A DNA stretch of 64,000 bases. Source: Rebecca billardiae RCC1528 (lineage: Eukaryota; Protista; Haptophyta). Each line of letters opens with the position of its first letter. The stretch's first letter is position 1. Below, piece after piece: positions 43,674 to 55,204 of this stretch. The notes below the pieces were generated by a model. The model had not been told where the DNA came from and ran no database searches. It saw nothing but the letters and a program-made list of their open reading frames with translations. The translations under genes and the position numbers were made by a program. The stretch is taken from the NCBI GenBank assembly GCA_965240325.2, contig OZ251225.1:124001-188000 (forward strand), given 5' to 3'.

Positions 43674-46600
43674 GCGGGGTCTGGCAGCTCGTCGGCGGAG
43701 ACGCGCGAGCGCACGCCTTCGGGCGCCGCGCCGGCGCGCGCGAGCGCCATCGCCGCGAAGTAGCTCCGCTCGGAGCCATCGGAGCTGGAGCCGCTGCCGC
43801 CCGCGTCGCGCGCGGCCGCCGGCGCGGCCGCGGGTGCGGGTGCGGCCGCGCCCCGTGCGCACCGCGCGGGCGGGTCGGGCGGCGTGTCGACAGACACGGC
43901 GATGGCGACGGGCGAGGGCTGCTGGCGGCGTGACGGGCGGACGCGCTCGTGCGCACCGCCCGCGGGCGCGGCCGCGCGGCCCCGCCGGTCCCACCAGCTG
44001 AGCTCGCGGCGCGGTGCGGCGTGGCCGGTGCGTCCGCGCGCCCGCGCCCCTTGCCCGGGCGCCGGCTCGGGTGCGCCGAGCGCGGCAGCGCGCACACGCA
44101 CCGCCTCGGCATACACGAGCCTCGCGCGCTCGGCGCGGCTGAGCACCCTCTGCGCGGCGCCCTGCCGCGGCCTGCGCACGAACAGCGCCTTGACGACGAA
44201 GAGCAGCGGCGCGCTGAGCAGCGCGGTCGTCGCCGCGGCGAGCAGCTCGTGGATCAGCACAACGGGCGCGCCCTCGGGCGCGTCATCGTAGAGCGCGCAC
44301 GAGAGCACGAGGCCGAGCGCAGCCGCCGCCCAGAAGAGGATGGCGAGCTCGGAGGGCAGGAGCAAGGGCTCGCGCCGGCCGATCAGCGCGCCGAGCAGCG
44401 TGTGCTCCGACCCCGCACGCGCTGCGAGCGCGCGCGCGAGCCCGAGCGCGTCCGCGCCGCTCAGCCGCCGCGCGGGTGCCCACAGCGCCGCGAGCCGCGA
44501 GCGCTTGCCACCGCCGCCGCCGCCGCCGCCGGGCAGCGAGCTCGCCGCGTGCGACTCCGCCTCGTCGAGCGCCGCCCTGCGCGCGAGCAGCCCGCGGACG
44601 TACCGCTGGATCTCGCACGCGGCGTGCTGCTCGGCGAGCGCGGCGAGGAGCGCGGGCGAGATCTCCGCATCGCCGCCGGACGAGGCGGCCGCGCCGGGTG
44701 CGCGCGCGCCGTGCATGCTGAGCGCGCGCCGGAAGACGCGCTGCCCCGCGGGCTGCTCCTCCGCCGCGCCCTCGTCCGCGACCACCTGCGCGGCCTTGCG
44801 CCGCGCGGCCTGCCGGTCGCGCCAGCCGAGCGCGCACACGGACGCGAGGCACGCCGCGGCGAGGCTGCCGATCAGCGCGTGCAGCGTCGGGTCGCGCTCG
44901 GCCGCGGGCGCGAGCAGCGCGCCCGCCACGTCGTCCGCGCCGAGCGGCTCGAGCCTGAACGCCTTGGCGTCGTCGAGCGCGTCCGCCGCCGAGTCGGGCA
45001 CGTCGAGCGCCACGCCGGCAAACTCGGTGAGGTGGTCGCACGCGCACCAGAGGAGCGTGGAGCCGTCCGCCGGCAGCGTCGTGCACCCGTCCGCCACCCA
45101 CGCGCCACGTGCCTCGTCCCACCAGCGGCACTCCGTCACCGCGCCCGCCGCCGCCACCGAGCCGTTCGGAGCGCCCGCCGCGGCCGGCGGCAGCGGCGGG
45201 ATGCCGAGCAGCAGCGGCTCGGCCAGCCCCGAGATGGCCAGCGCCGAGCCGCTGGCCGCGGAGGCGAGCGTGACCGAGAAGACGCTCGTCGCGGTGGGCG
45301 TGGCCGCCGAGCCGTTCAGCGCCGCGTCCGCCGCCGGCGCGCGCAGGCCCGCTCTGCCCACGCTCCACAGCAGCACGTCCACGCCCGAGCCGCCCAGCGC
45401 CGACGCGTCGACGCCGGCGAGCGCGCTCGGCGGCACGCGCAGCGCGCCCGCGCCGCCCGCGGCGGCGAGGCTGGCGTTGAGCAGCGCGGACGGCGCGAGC
45501 CGCGCGGCGGACACGTTGAGCGCCGCGCCCATCGCCGTGACCGCCTGCTCGCCGGGCAGTGCCCCGACCAGCAGCGAGCGAGCAAGGCTGTGCGCGGCGG
45601 TGGCCGCGGCCGCGCCCACCGCGGCCGCCTGCGCGCGTGTGAGCGCGTCTGCGGGCGCGCTGAGCGCCGCGTCCATCGCGTCGAAGAGCGCGGCGCCCTC
45701 GGCCGCGCCCACGCCCGTCTCCGCCGCCGCCGCGCCGATGGCCGCGGCCTGCGCCAGCGCGCTCAGCTGCACCTCGCCCGCCGCGAGCGCCTCAGTCGGC
45801 GCCGCGCTCAGCACCGCGCGCAGCGCCGCGGCCGTGTGCGCGCGCGATGCCTCCTCGTCGAGGGCGCCCGCGCCCGCCGCGCCCGCCGTGAGCTCGAGCA
45901 GCGAGATCGAGGTTGCGACCTCGGCATCGAGCGACGTGTTGGCAGGCACGGGGCCGCCCAGCTCGGGGGCGATCGCGCCGGCGAGCTGCAGCGAGCGAGT
46001 CGTGTCGCCCGCTGCGAGCGCGAGCTGTGCGCGCGCCACCGCCGCGCTCACGGCCGCGTCCGCCACCGCGCCGCCCGAGCCGGGCACGGCGGCTTCAGCT
46101 GCGGCGGCGGCGTCGGCGCGGAGCGAGTACACGCGCACGGACGTCGCGGCGCGCGCGCTCGCGCCCAGCGCGTCCGCCACGCGCACGTACAGCGTGCGGT
46201 TGCCCGCGGGCAGCAGCGCGAGCGCGTGCGCCGAGCGCTGCGCCGCGCCGAGCGCCGCGGCCGCGCCCTCGTCCGCAGCCGCGTGCGAGAAGGCGTAGCT
46301 CAGCGGCAGGTCGTCCGCGTCGTCGTCCGACCAGCTGATCGCGTGCAGCGCGAACGGCGTGAGCGCGGCGACGCCGTGCGCCGGCGAGACCGCCAGCGCC
46401 CCGCCGTGCGGCGGCCGGTTGACCACCACGACCAGCTCCGCGACCGCCGCGCCGCCGGCCGCGCCGTCCGCGCGCCGCGTCGCGCGCACCTCGAACGCGT
46501 AGGTCGCGCCCGGGCTGAGCGCGCCGCTGCGGAAGGCGAGCGCGGGCTGCGCGGCGCCCGTCGTCGTGACGCCGGCGCTGTCGGCCAGGTCGATCGGCGC

Positions 46601-49600
46601 GGGCGCGCGCGCGCCGCCCGCGCCCACGAGCCACGCGCGCCACGCAAAGTCGTGCGCCGCCTCCGCCTCTGCGCCGTCGGCGAGCTCGGCGTCCGCAGCG
46701 GCGTCGATGGTGGCGCGGAGGACGAGGCGGCCGCTGCTGCGCTGCCACGTGGGCGCGGCCTTGCGCGCGGCGAGCGGCACGAGGCGCAGCGCTGGCAGCG
46801 GCGCCGAGGCCGCCGCCACCTCGACCCTCGCCTCCGCCGCCGCGGGCGTGAGCGCGGGCGCGCCGGGCGCGGACACGAGCACGCGCACGAGATACGCCGC
46901 GCCGTGCGGCAGCGCGCCCGGCGGCAGCAGCAGCGTGGGCGAGGTGGCGTTGGGCAGGTCGAGCTCGACGGGCGCGCCGTCTGCCGCGCGCGCCACAGCC
47001 CACGCGAACGCGAGCCCGCCGCCTGCCGCCTCGTTCGGGTTGGCCGAGGCGGAGGCGTCCAGCCGCACCGCGTCGGCGCCGCCCACGCGCGCGGCGTTCG
47101 GCGTGAGCGCGGCGCGCAGCGGCATGTACGGCACGCGCAGCGAGACGTCGGCGCTCGCGCTGAGCTCGGGCGCCGCGGCCATCGTCGCGAGCACGCGCAG
47201 CGTATACGCGTGCCCCGCGCTGAGCGCCCACGGCGGCAGCCGCAGCGTCGCGCCGGCGGCATCGCTCAGGTCGGGCACGCGCGGCGCCGCGGCACTCGGC
47301 GCGGCCGAGCCGCCGGGGCCGTCGCCGTCGTCGCGCGTCACGTTGAGCACCGCCCAGCCGAAGCGCACCTGCGCGGAGAGCGTGGATGGCCAGCACGGGG
47401 ACAGCCCGACGTTCGCCGAGAGCCGCACGGCGCTGTCCGCGCGCGCGAGCACGCCCGACGACCGCCCATCCACCTCGACGCTCGGGCCGTCCGGCGGCGC
47501 GCGCGCCACGGCGTGCGTCGCGGGCGCGGACGCGATGCCGAGCGCGGAGGTAAGGACGAGGGAGAAGACGAAGCCGCCCTCGGCGCCGAGCGCGGACGGG
47601 CCGAGCTCGAGCACCGCCTGCGTCGGCGGCAGCGCCTCGAGCAACGCCGACAACGCCGCCACGGTCGCGGCGGGCGGCGGGTCTGCCGCAAGCGGCGCCA
47701 CGCGCCACTCAAAGGAGAGAGGCAAGACACCGCCCCCGCCGCCCACGCCGCCGACGAGGCGGAGGGAGGCGTCGGCGCACGTCGGTAGCACGCGCGCGCC
47801 GGACACGCTTGCGATGGGCGCGGCGCACGCTGAGCTCACGCCGCACGGGGCGTCCGCCGAGATCACCACGCTCGCCGCAGCCGCGTACGCGTGCGCCGCG
47901 CACGGCGCGGCGGGCGCGCGCGCCGCGCACGCGACGTGGGCGATGACCCCAGCGCGCACGCCCACGCGGTCGCCCGGCCGGACGCGCGAGGCCGCGCGCA
48001 GGTTCACGACGAGCGAGCGGTCGTCCCGCCAGTAGCACTGCCGCTCGCCTTCGCCGCCGTCGGCCGCGTCGGCCGCGGCCGCGTCGCCGGCCACGAGGCC
48101 GAGCGTCTCGTCGTCGAGCAGCGGCGCGCACCGCGCCAGCCCGGCGTTCAGCCCGCCGCGGTCGGTCGGCGCGTCGAAGCGAAGCACGAGGCTGGTGGCG
48201 CTCGAGTCGAACGCGGCGGAGAGCAGGGCCGGCGCGGCGAGCGGCGGCGGCGGCGGCGGTGCCGACGGCGGCGGCGGCGGCGGGCCTGGCGGCGGGCTCG
48301 GCGGCGGCAGCGGAGGCTGTAGCGGTGGCGGCGCGCTCGGCGGTGGCGCTGACTCGCCGGAGGGCGGTGGGCTTGACGGCGGGCTCGGTGACGGTGGCGC
48401 GAGCAGCAGGCTCGGCGGAGGGCTTGGAGGCGGGCTCGGTGGCGGCGGCGCAGGTGGCGGCGAAGGAGGCGGACTGGGCGGCGGGTTCGGTGGCGGTGGC
48501 GCAGGTGGCGGCGACGGAGGCGGGCTTGGAGGCGGGCTCGGTGGCGGCGGGGCCGGCGGCGAGGGCGGCGGGCTCGGTGGCGGGCTCGGCGGCGGTGGCG
48601 CCGGTGGCAGCGACGGAGGCGGGCTGGGCGGCGGGCTCGGTGGCGGTGGCACAGGTGGCGGCGACGGAGGCGGGCTTGGCGGCGGGTTCGGAGGCGGCGG
48701 CGCCGGTGGCGGCGACGGAGGCGGGCCGGGCGGCGGGCTCGGCGGCGGTGGCGCCGGTAGCAGCGACGGAGGTGGGCTGGGCGGCGGGCTCGGCGGCGGC
48801 GGCGCCGGTGGCGGCGACGGAGGCGGGCTCGGAGGCGGGTTCGGTTGCGGCGGCGCACGTGGCGGCGACGGAGGCGGACTGGGCGGCGGGTTCGGTGGCG
48901 GTGGCGCAGGTGGCGGCGACAGAGGCGGGCTTGGAGGCGGGCTCAGTGGCGGCGGCGCAGGTGGCGGCGAAGGAGGCGGGCTTGGAGGCAAGCTCGGCGG
49001 CAGCGGCGCCGGTGGCGGCGACGGAGGCGGGCTTGGAGGCGGGCTCGGCGGTGGCGATGGCGGCAGCATCGGCGGCGGAGTCGGCGGCGGCGATGGTGGC
49101 ACCGATGGCGGTGGTGACGGTGGCGGCGCCGGCGGTGGCGGGCCCGGCGGCGGGCTCGGCGGTGGCAATGGCGGCGGCACCGGAGGTGGGCTCGGCGGCG
49201 GCGATGGTGGCACCGATGGCGGTGGTGACGGTGGCGGCGCCGGCGGTGGCGGGCCCGGCGGCGGGCTCGGCGGTGGCAATGACGGCGGCACGGGAGGTGG
49301 GCTCGGCGGCGGCGATGGTGGCACCGATGGCGGTGGCGACGGTGGCGGCACCGGCGGTGGCGGACTCGGCGGCGGTGGAGGCAGCGGCCTCGGCGACGGC
49401 AGGCTCGATGGCGGCGGGCTGGGTGGTGGCGGCGGCGGCGGGCTCGGCGGCGGCGGTGATGGCGGCGGAGGCGGCGGCGGGTTGGGTGGGGGCAGGCTCG
49501 GCGGTGGCGGCGGCGGCGGGCTGGGCGGGGGCGGGCTGGGCGGCGGTGGTGGTGGCGAGGATGACGGTGGCGGATTAGGTGGCGGGCTCGGCGGCGGGCT

Positions 49601-52600
49601 CGGCGGCGGCAGTGACGGTGGCGGCGAAGGCGACGGTGATGGCGGAGGGCTAGGTGGCGGCGGCGCTGGCGGCGGGCTCGGTGGAGGGTTTGGCGGCGGG
49701 CTCGGTGGCGCCGGTGGCGGCGACGGAGGCGGGCTGGGCGGCGGGCTCGGCTGCGGTGGCGCAGGTGGCGGCGACGGCGGCGGCTTCGGCGGCGAGCTCG
49801 GTGGCGGCGACGGCGATGGCGACGGCGGAGAAGACGGCTGTGGCAATGGTGGTGGCCCGGGTGGCGGCGGGCTCGGCAGCGGGCTCGGGGGTGGACTTGG
49901 TGGTGGGCTAGAAGGTGGACTCGGGGGGGCGGGTGGTGGTGGCGATGGTGAGGGCGGCGGCGGCGAGCAGGCACCACCGCCCTTGCCCTTACCCGAACCG
50001 CCGCAGAGCTCGCCAGTAGGTGGCGGCGCCGAGGGCGGCGGTGGTGGGCTTGGTGACCGGCTCGGCGGCGGGCTCGGCGGCGGCGGTGACGGTGGCGGGC
50101 TCGGAGGCGGGCTCGGCGGCAGGCGCGGCGGCTGTGGCGCAGGTGGCGGCGACGGAGGCGGGCTCGGCGGCGGGCTCGGCGGCGGTGGCGCAGGTGGCGG
50201 CGACGGAGGCGGGCTCGGCGGCGGGCTCGGTGGCGGTGGCGCAGGTGGCGGGCTCGGAGGTGGGCTCGGCGGCGAGCTCGGTGGCGGCGGCGCAGGTGGC
50301 GGGCTCGGAGGCGGGCTCGGCGGCGGGCTCGGTGGCGGTGGCGCAGGTGGCGGGCTCGGAGGTGGGCTCGGCGGCGGTGGCGCAGGTGGCGGCGACGGAG
50401 GCGGTCCGGGCGGCGGGCTCGGCGGCGGTGGCGCAGGTGGCGGCGAAGGAGGTGGGCTCGGCGGCGGGCTCGGTGGCGGTGGCGCAGGTGGCGGCGAAAG
50501 AGGTGGGCTCGGCGGCAGGCGCGGCGGCGGTGGCGCAGGTGGCGGCGACGGAGGCGGGCTCGGCGGCGGGCTCGGCGGCGGTGGCGCAGGTGGCGGCGAC
50601 GGAGGCGGGCTCGGCGGCGGGCTCGGCGGCGGCGGCGCCGGTGGCGGGGACGGAGGAGGGCTTGGCGGCGGGCTCGGCGGCGGTGGCGCAGGTGGCGGCG
50701 AGGGCGGTGGGCTCGGCGGCGGGCTCGGTGGGGGTGGTGCGGGCGGCGGCGAAGGTGGCGGGCTTGGGGGTGGACTGGGTGGTGGCGGCAATGGTGGCGG
50801 GCTCGGAGGAGGGCTCGGAAGCGGGATCGGCGGCGGAGAGGGTGGCGGCGAGGGCGGTGGCGACGGTGGTGGTGGGCTCGGAGGCGGCGACGGTGGCGCC
50901 AAGGGCGGCGGCGACGGCGGCGGTTCTGGCGGCGGTGGGCTCGGCGGCGGGCTTGGCGGTGGCGATGGCGGCGGTAACGGTGGCGGGCTTGGAGGCGGTG
51001 ATGGTGGCAGCGTTGGCGGTGGCGAGGGTGGCGGTGCCGGAGGTGGCGGGCTCGGTGGTGGTGACGGTGGCGCCAAGGGCGGCGGCGACGGCGGCGGTGC
51101 TGGCGGCGGTGGGCTCGGCGGCGGGCTTGGCGGTGGCGATGGCGGCGGTAACGGTGGCGGGCTTGGAGGCGGTGATGGTGGCAGCGTTGGCGGTGGCGAG
51201 GGTGGCGGTGCCGGAGGTGGCGGGCTCGGTGGTGGTGACGGTGGCGCCAAGGGCGGCGGCGACGGCGGCGGTGCTGGCGGCGGTGGGCTCGGCGGCGGGC
51301 TTGGCGGTGGCGATGGCGGCGGTAACGGTGGCGGGCTTGGAGGCGGTGATGGCGGCAGCGTTGGCGGTGGCGAGGGTGGCGGTGCCGGAGGTGGCGGGCT
51401 CGGTGGTGGTGACGGTGGCGCCAAGGGCGGCGGCGACGGCGGCGGTGCTGGCGGCGGTGGGCTCGGCGGCGGGCTTGGCGGTGGCGATGGCGGCGGTAAC
51501 GGTGGCGGGCTTGGAGGCGGTGATGGCGGCAGCGTTGGCGGTGGCGAGGGTGGCGGTGCCGGAGGTGGCGGGCTCGGTGGCGGTGACGGTGGCGCCAAGG
51601 GCGGCGGCGACGGCGGCGGTGCTGGCGGCGGTGGGCTCGGCGGCGGGCTTGGCGGTGGCGATGGCGGCGGTAACGGTGGCGGGCTTGGAGGCGGTGATGG
51701 CGGCAGCGTTGGCGGTGGCGAGGGTGGCGGTGCCGGAGGTGGCGGGCTCGGTGGTGGTGACGGTGGCGCCAAGGGCGGCGGCGACGGCGGCGGTGCTGGC
51801 GGCGGTGGGCTCGGCGGCGGGCTTGGCGGTGGCGATGGCGGCGGTAACGGTGGCGGGCTTGGAGGCGGTGATGGCGGCAGCGTTGGCGGTGGCGAGGGTG
51901 GCGGTGCCGGAGGTGGCGGGCTCGGTGGTGGTGACGGTGGCGCCAAGGGCGGCGGCGACGGCGGCGGTGCTGGCGGCGGTGGGCTCGGCGGCGGGCTTGG
52001 CGGTGGCGATGGCGGCGGTAACGGTGGCGGGCTTGGAGGCGGTGATGGTGGCAGCGTTGGCGGTGGCGAGGGTGGCGGTGCCGGAGGTGGCGGGCTCGGT
52101 GGTGGTGACGGTGGCGCCAAGGGCGGCGGCGACGGCGGCGGTGCTGGCGGCGGTGGGCTCGGCGGCGGGCTTGGCGGTGGCGATGGCGGCGGTAACGGTG
52201 GCGGGCTTGGAGGCGGTGATGGTGGCAGCGTTGGCGGTGGCGAGGGTGGCGGTGCCGGAGGTGGCGGGCTCGGTGGTGGTGACGGTGGCGCCAAGGGCGG
52301 CGGCGACGGCGGCGGTGCTGGCGGCGGTGGGCTCGGCGGCGGGCTTGGCGGTGGCGATGGCGGCGGTAACGGTGGCGGGCTTGGAGGCGGTGATGGCGGC
52401 AGCGTTGGCGGTGGCGAGGGTGGCGGTGCCGGAGGTGGCGGGCTCGGTGGTGGTGACGGTGGCGCCAAGGGCGGCGGCGACGGCGGCGGTGCTGGCGGCG
52501 GTGGGCTCGGCGGCGGGCTTGGCGGTGGCGATGGCGGCGGTAACGGTGGCGGGCTTGGAGGCGGTGATGGCGGCAGCGTTGGCGGTGGCGAGGGTGGCGG

Positions 52601-54805
52601 TGCCGGAGGTGGCGGGCTCGGTGGTGGTGACGGTGGCGCCAAGGGCGGCGGCGACGGCGGCGGTGCTGGCGGCGGTGGGCTCGGCGGCGGGCTTGGCGGT
52701 GGCGATGGCGGCGGTAACGGTGGCGGGCTTGGAGGCGGTGATGGTGGCAGCGTTGGCGGTGGCGAGGGTGGCGGTGCCGGAGGTGGCGGGCTCGGTGGTG
52801 GTGACGGTGGCGCCAAGGGCGGCGGCGACGGCGGCGGTGCTGGCGGCGGTGGGCTCGGCGGCGGGCTTGGCGGTGGCGATGGCGGCGGTAACGGTGGCGG
52901 GCTTGGAGGCGGTGATGGTGGCAGCGTTGGCGGTGGCGAGGGTGGCGGTGCCGGAGGTGGCGGGCTCGGTGGTGGTGACGGTGGCGCCAAGGGCGGCGGC
53001 GACGGCGGCGGTGCTGGCGGCGGTGGGCTCGGCGGCGGGCTTGGCGGTGGCGATGGCGGCGGTAACGGTGGCGGGCTTGGAGGCGGTGATGGCGGCAGCG
53101 TTGGCGGTGGCGAGGGTGGCGGTGCCGGAGGTGGCGGGCTCGGTGGTGGTGACGGTGGCGCCAAGGGCGGCGGCGACGGCGGCGGTGCTGGCGGCGGTGG
53201 GCTCGGCGGCGGGCTTGGCGGTGGCGATGGCGGCGGTAACGGTGGCGGGCTTGGAGGCGGTGATGGCGGCAGCGTTGGCGGTGGCGAGGGTGGCGGTGCC
53301 GGAGGTGGTGGGCTCGGTGGCGGTGACGGTGGCGGCGACGGCGGCGGCGACGGCGGCGGTGCTGGCGGCGGTGGGCTCGGCGGCGGGCTTGGCGGTGGCG
53401 ATGGCGGCGGTAACGGTGGCGGGCTTGGAGGCGGTGATGGCGGCAGCGTTGGCGGTGGCGAGGGTGGCGGTGCCGGAGGTGGCGGGCTCGGTGGTGGTGA
53501 CGGTGGCGCCAAGGGCGGCGGCGACGGCGGCGGTGCTGGCGGCGGTGGGCTCGGCGGCGGGCTTGGCGGTGGCGATGGCGGCGGTAACGGTGGCGGGCTT
53601 GGAGGCGGTGATGGCGGCAGCGTTGGCGGTGGCGAGGGTGGCGGTGCCGGAGGTGGTGGGCTCGGTGGCGGTGACGGTGGCGGCGACGGCGGCGGCGACG
53701 GTGGCGGCGACGGTGGTGGTGGGCTCGGAGGCGGCGACGGTGGCGCCAAGGGCGGCGGCGACGGCGGCGGGCTGGGCGGCGGTGACGGCGGGGGCGAGGG
53801 CGGCGGCGTGGGTGGTGGCGTCGGCGGTGGCGGGCTCGGTGGCGGGCTCGGAGGCGGTGGGCTCGGCGGCGGTGATGGCGGGATTTGCGGGGGCAACGGG
53901 AGCGGTGGCGGGCTCGGCGGTGGGCTTGGAGGTGGTGGGCTCGGTGGCGGGCTCGGCGATGACGGGCTCGGTGGCGGGCTCGGTGGCGGGCTCGGCGGCG
54001 GCGGGCTCGGCGGCGGGCTCGGCGGGTTGGGCGGCGGGTACGGAGGGCAGACCGGCAGCTTCTTCGGCTTCACCGCGTCTGTGGGGCTGGCGCCGCATAT
54101 CGACGTTGCGGACACATCGAACGCGGTGTTGGCCGCCATCAGCGCGACCTCCGTCGGTACCGTGCCGAACACGTCGATGTTCTTGAGCACGTAGAACTCG
54201 ATGCAGCCGAGCATCCTCCCCACCTCGGTCGGCACCGTGCCCGTCATGATGTCGGTCTTGGTGCTCTCGAAGTACGTGAGGTCTGTGAGGCGGCCGATCT
54301 CGGTGGGCAAGGCGCCCGACAAGAGCCCGTCTTTGAAACTGAGCGCGAAGACCAGCCGCGAGAGGGATCCGAACTCCGTGGGCATGCCGCCAACGCCGAG
54401 CCCGTCGTTGTCCGCGAGGTTGAGCATGGTCAGCATGGTGGGCCCGCCAATCTCGGTGGGCAGCGAGCCGGTCAGCGCGCCGTTGTTCATATCGAGCGTC
54501 GTGAGAGCCGTGAGCAGGCCCAGCTCGGTCGGCAGCGTCCCCGTCAGGAACCAGTGGGGCGTGAGCACGAGGTGGGTGAGCGCTGTGAGTGCGCCGATCG
54601 AGGAGGGCAGCGTGCTCGTCAGCTCGTTGTCCGTGATCACCAGAGAGGTGCAGCTCGGCACATCGGCGAGGCAGGCCAGGTAGGCGAGATCGGTGGCGAG
54701 CGGACGGTTGACGGCGACGAGCGTCGTGGGCAGGCTCGCCAGCACTAGGAGCGAGGCCCACCGTCGCCCGCCGAGCTCGGTTCCCATCCTCCTCACCGTA
54801 CTCAT
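41615..54805 (-). CDS. Giant polycystin-1/REJ-like surface protein: signal peptide, LRRs, extensin-like Ser-Pro stalk, REJ/PKD region, GPS motif, several TM segments
   Basis: Uninterrupted ~4,400-codon ORF (ATG at 54805 or 54787). Plant-type LRRs (LTGTLPTELGLLTALTTLDM); ~1,900 aa of SPPP repeats; REJ motifs (LDASASANPN, VNRPPHGGALAVSP, WSDDDADDLPLSYAF); GPS CRWWDE..W...GC...CACDHLTEF; TM helices downstream. Confidence 0.88.
50880..53760. repeat. Coding minisatellite, 174-bp (58-aa) unit, ~16 near-identical copies
   Basis: gtggcgccaagg recurs at 50893, 51067, 51241, 51415 and onward; the lines starting at 51061 and 52801 (10 x 174 apart) are identical. Confidence 0.95.
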
Positions 54806-55204
54806 TCTATGATTTAACGACACAGGTGCGCGGCAACCTGCCACCGTGAGCCTTACGCACGTTAAAACAAATAAACTGTAGGACGGCAAGGAGAGATGAG
54901 ATGCAAGATGCGTCTGCTAATTTGGATGACCCGCTTCTAATAAGCTGCTTGAGTTTAGAGTGCTTGCAGCTTCTTACTGTAGCATAGTATGACGATAGTA
55001 CTACCCCCATATGCCCTGTTCGGCTGTTTGGCGGGCTTATTGCTATTTTTATCCGCCTGCTATTTTTATCCACGGTCGACCGACGAGTTGAGAGTCGACG
55101 ACCGGTGAGATGCAAGTGGGAGCAGCAGCGCGGTGCCCAACGGCACGCCTCGCACCGTTGCGGAGCCCTCCCGGTGGCGCGGTGGCGGCGGCAGCCGCGC
55201 CGCC

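Noticed and set aside
48195-54761. Huge Gly-rich (1999 aa), Ala/Val-rich (1388 aa) and Ala/Thr-rich (1590 aa) ORFs
   Set aside because: Antisense and alternative frames of the Ser-Pro repeat; only the 41615-54805 frame carries LRR, REJ and GPS domains.
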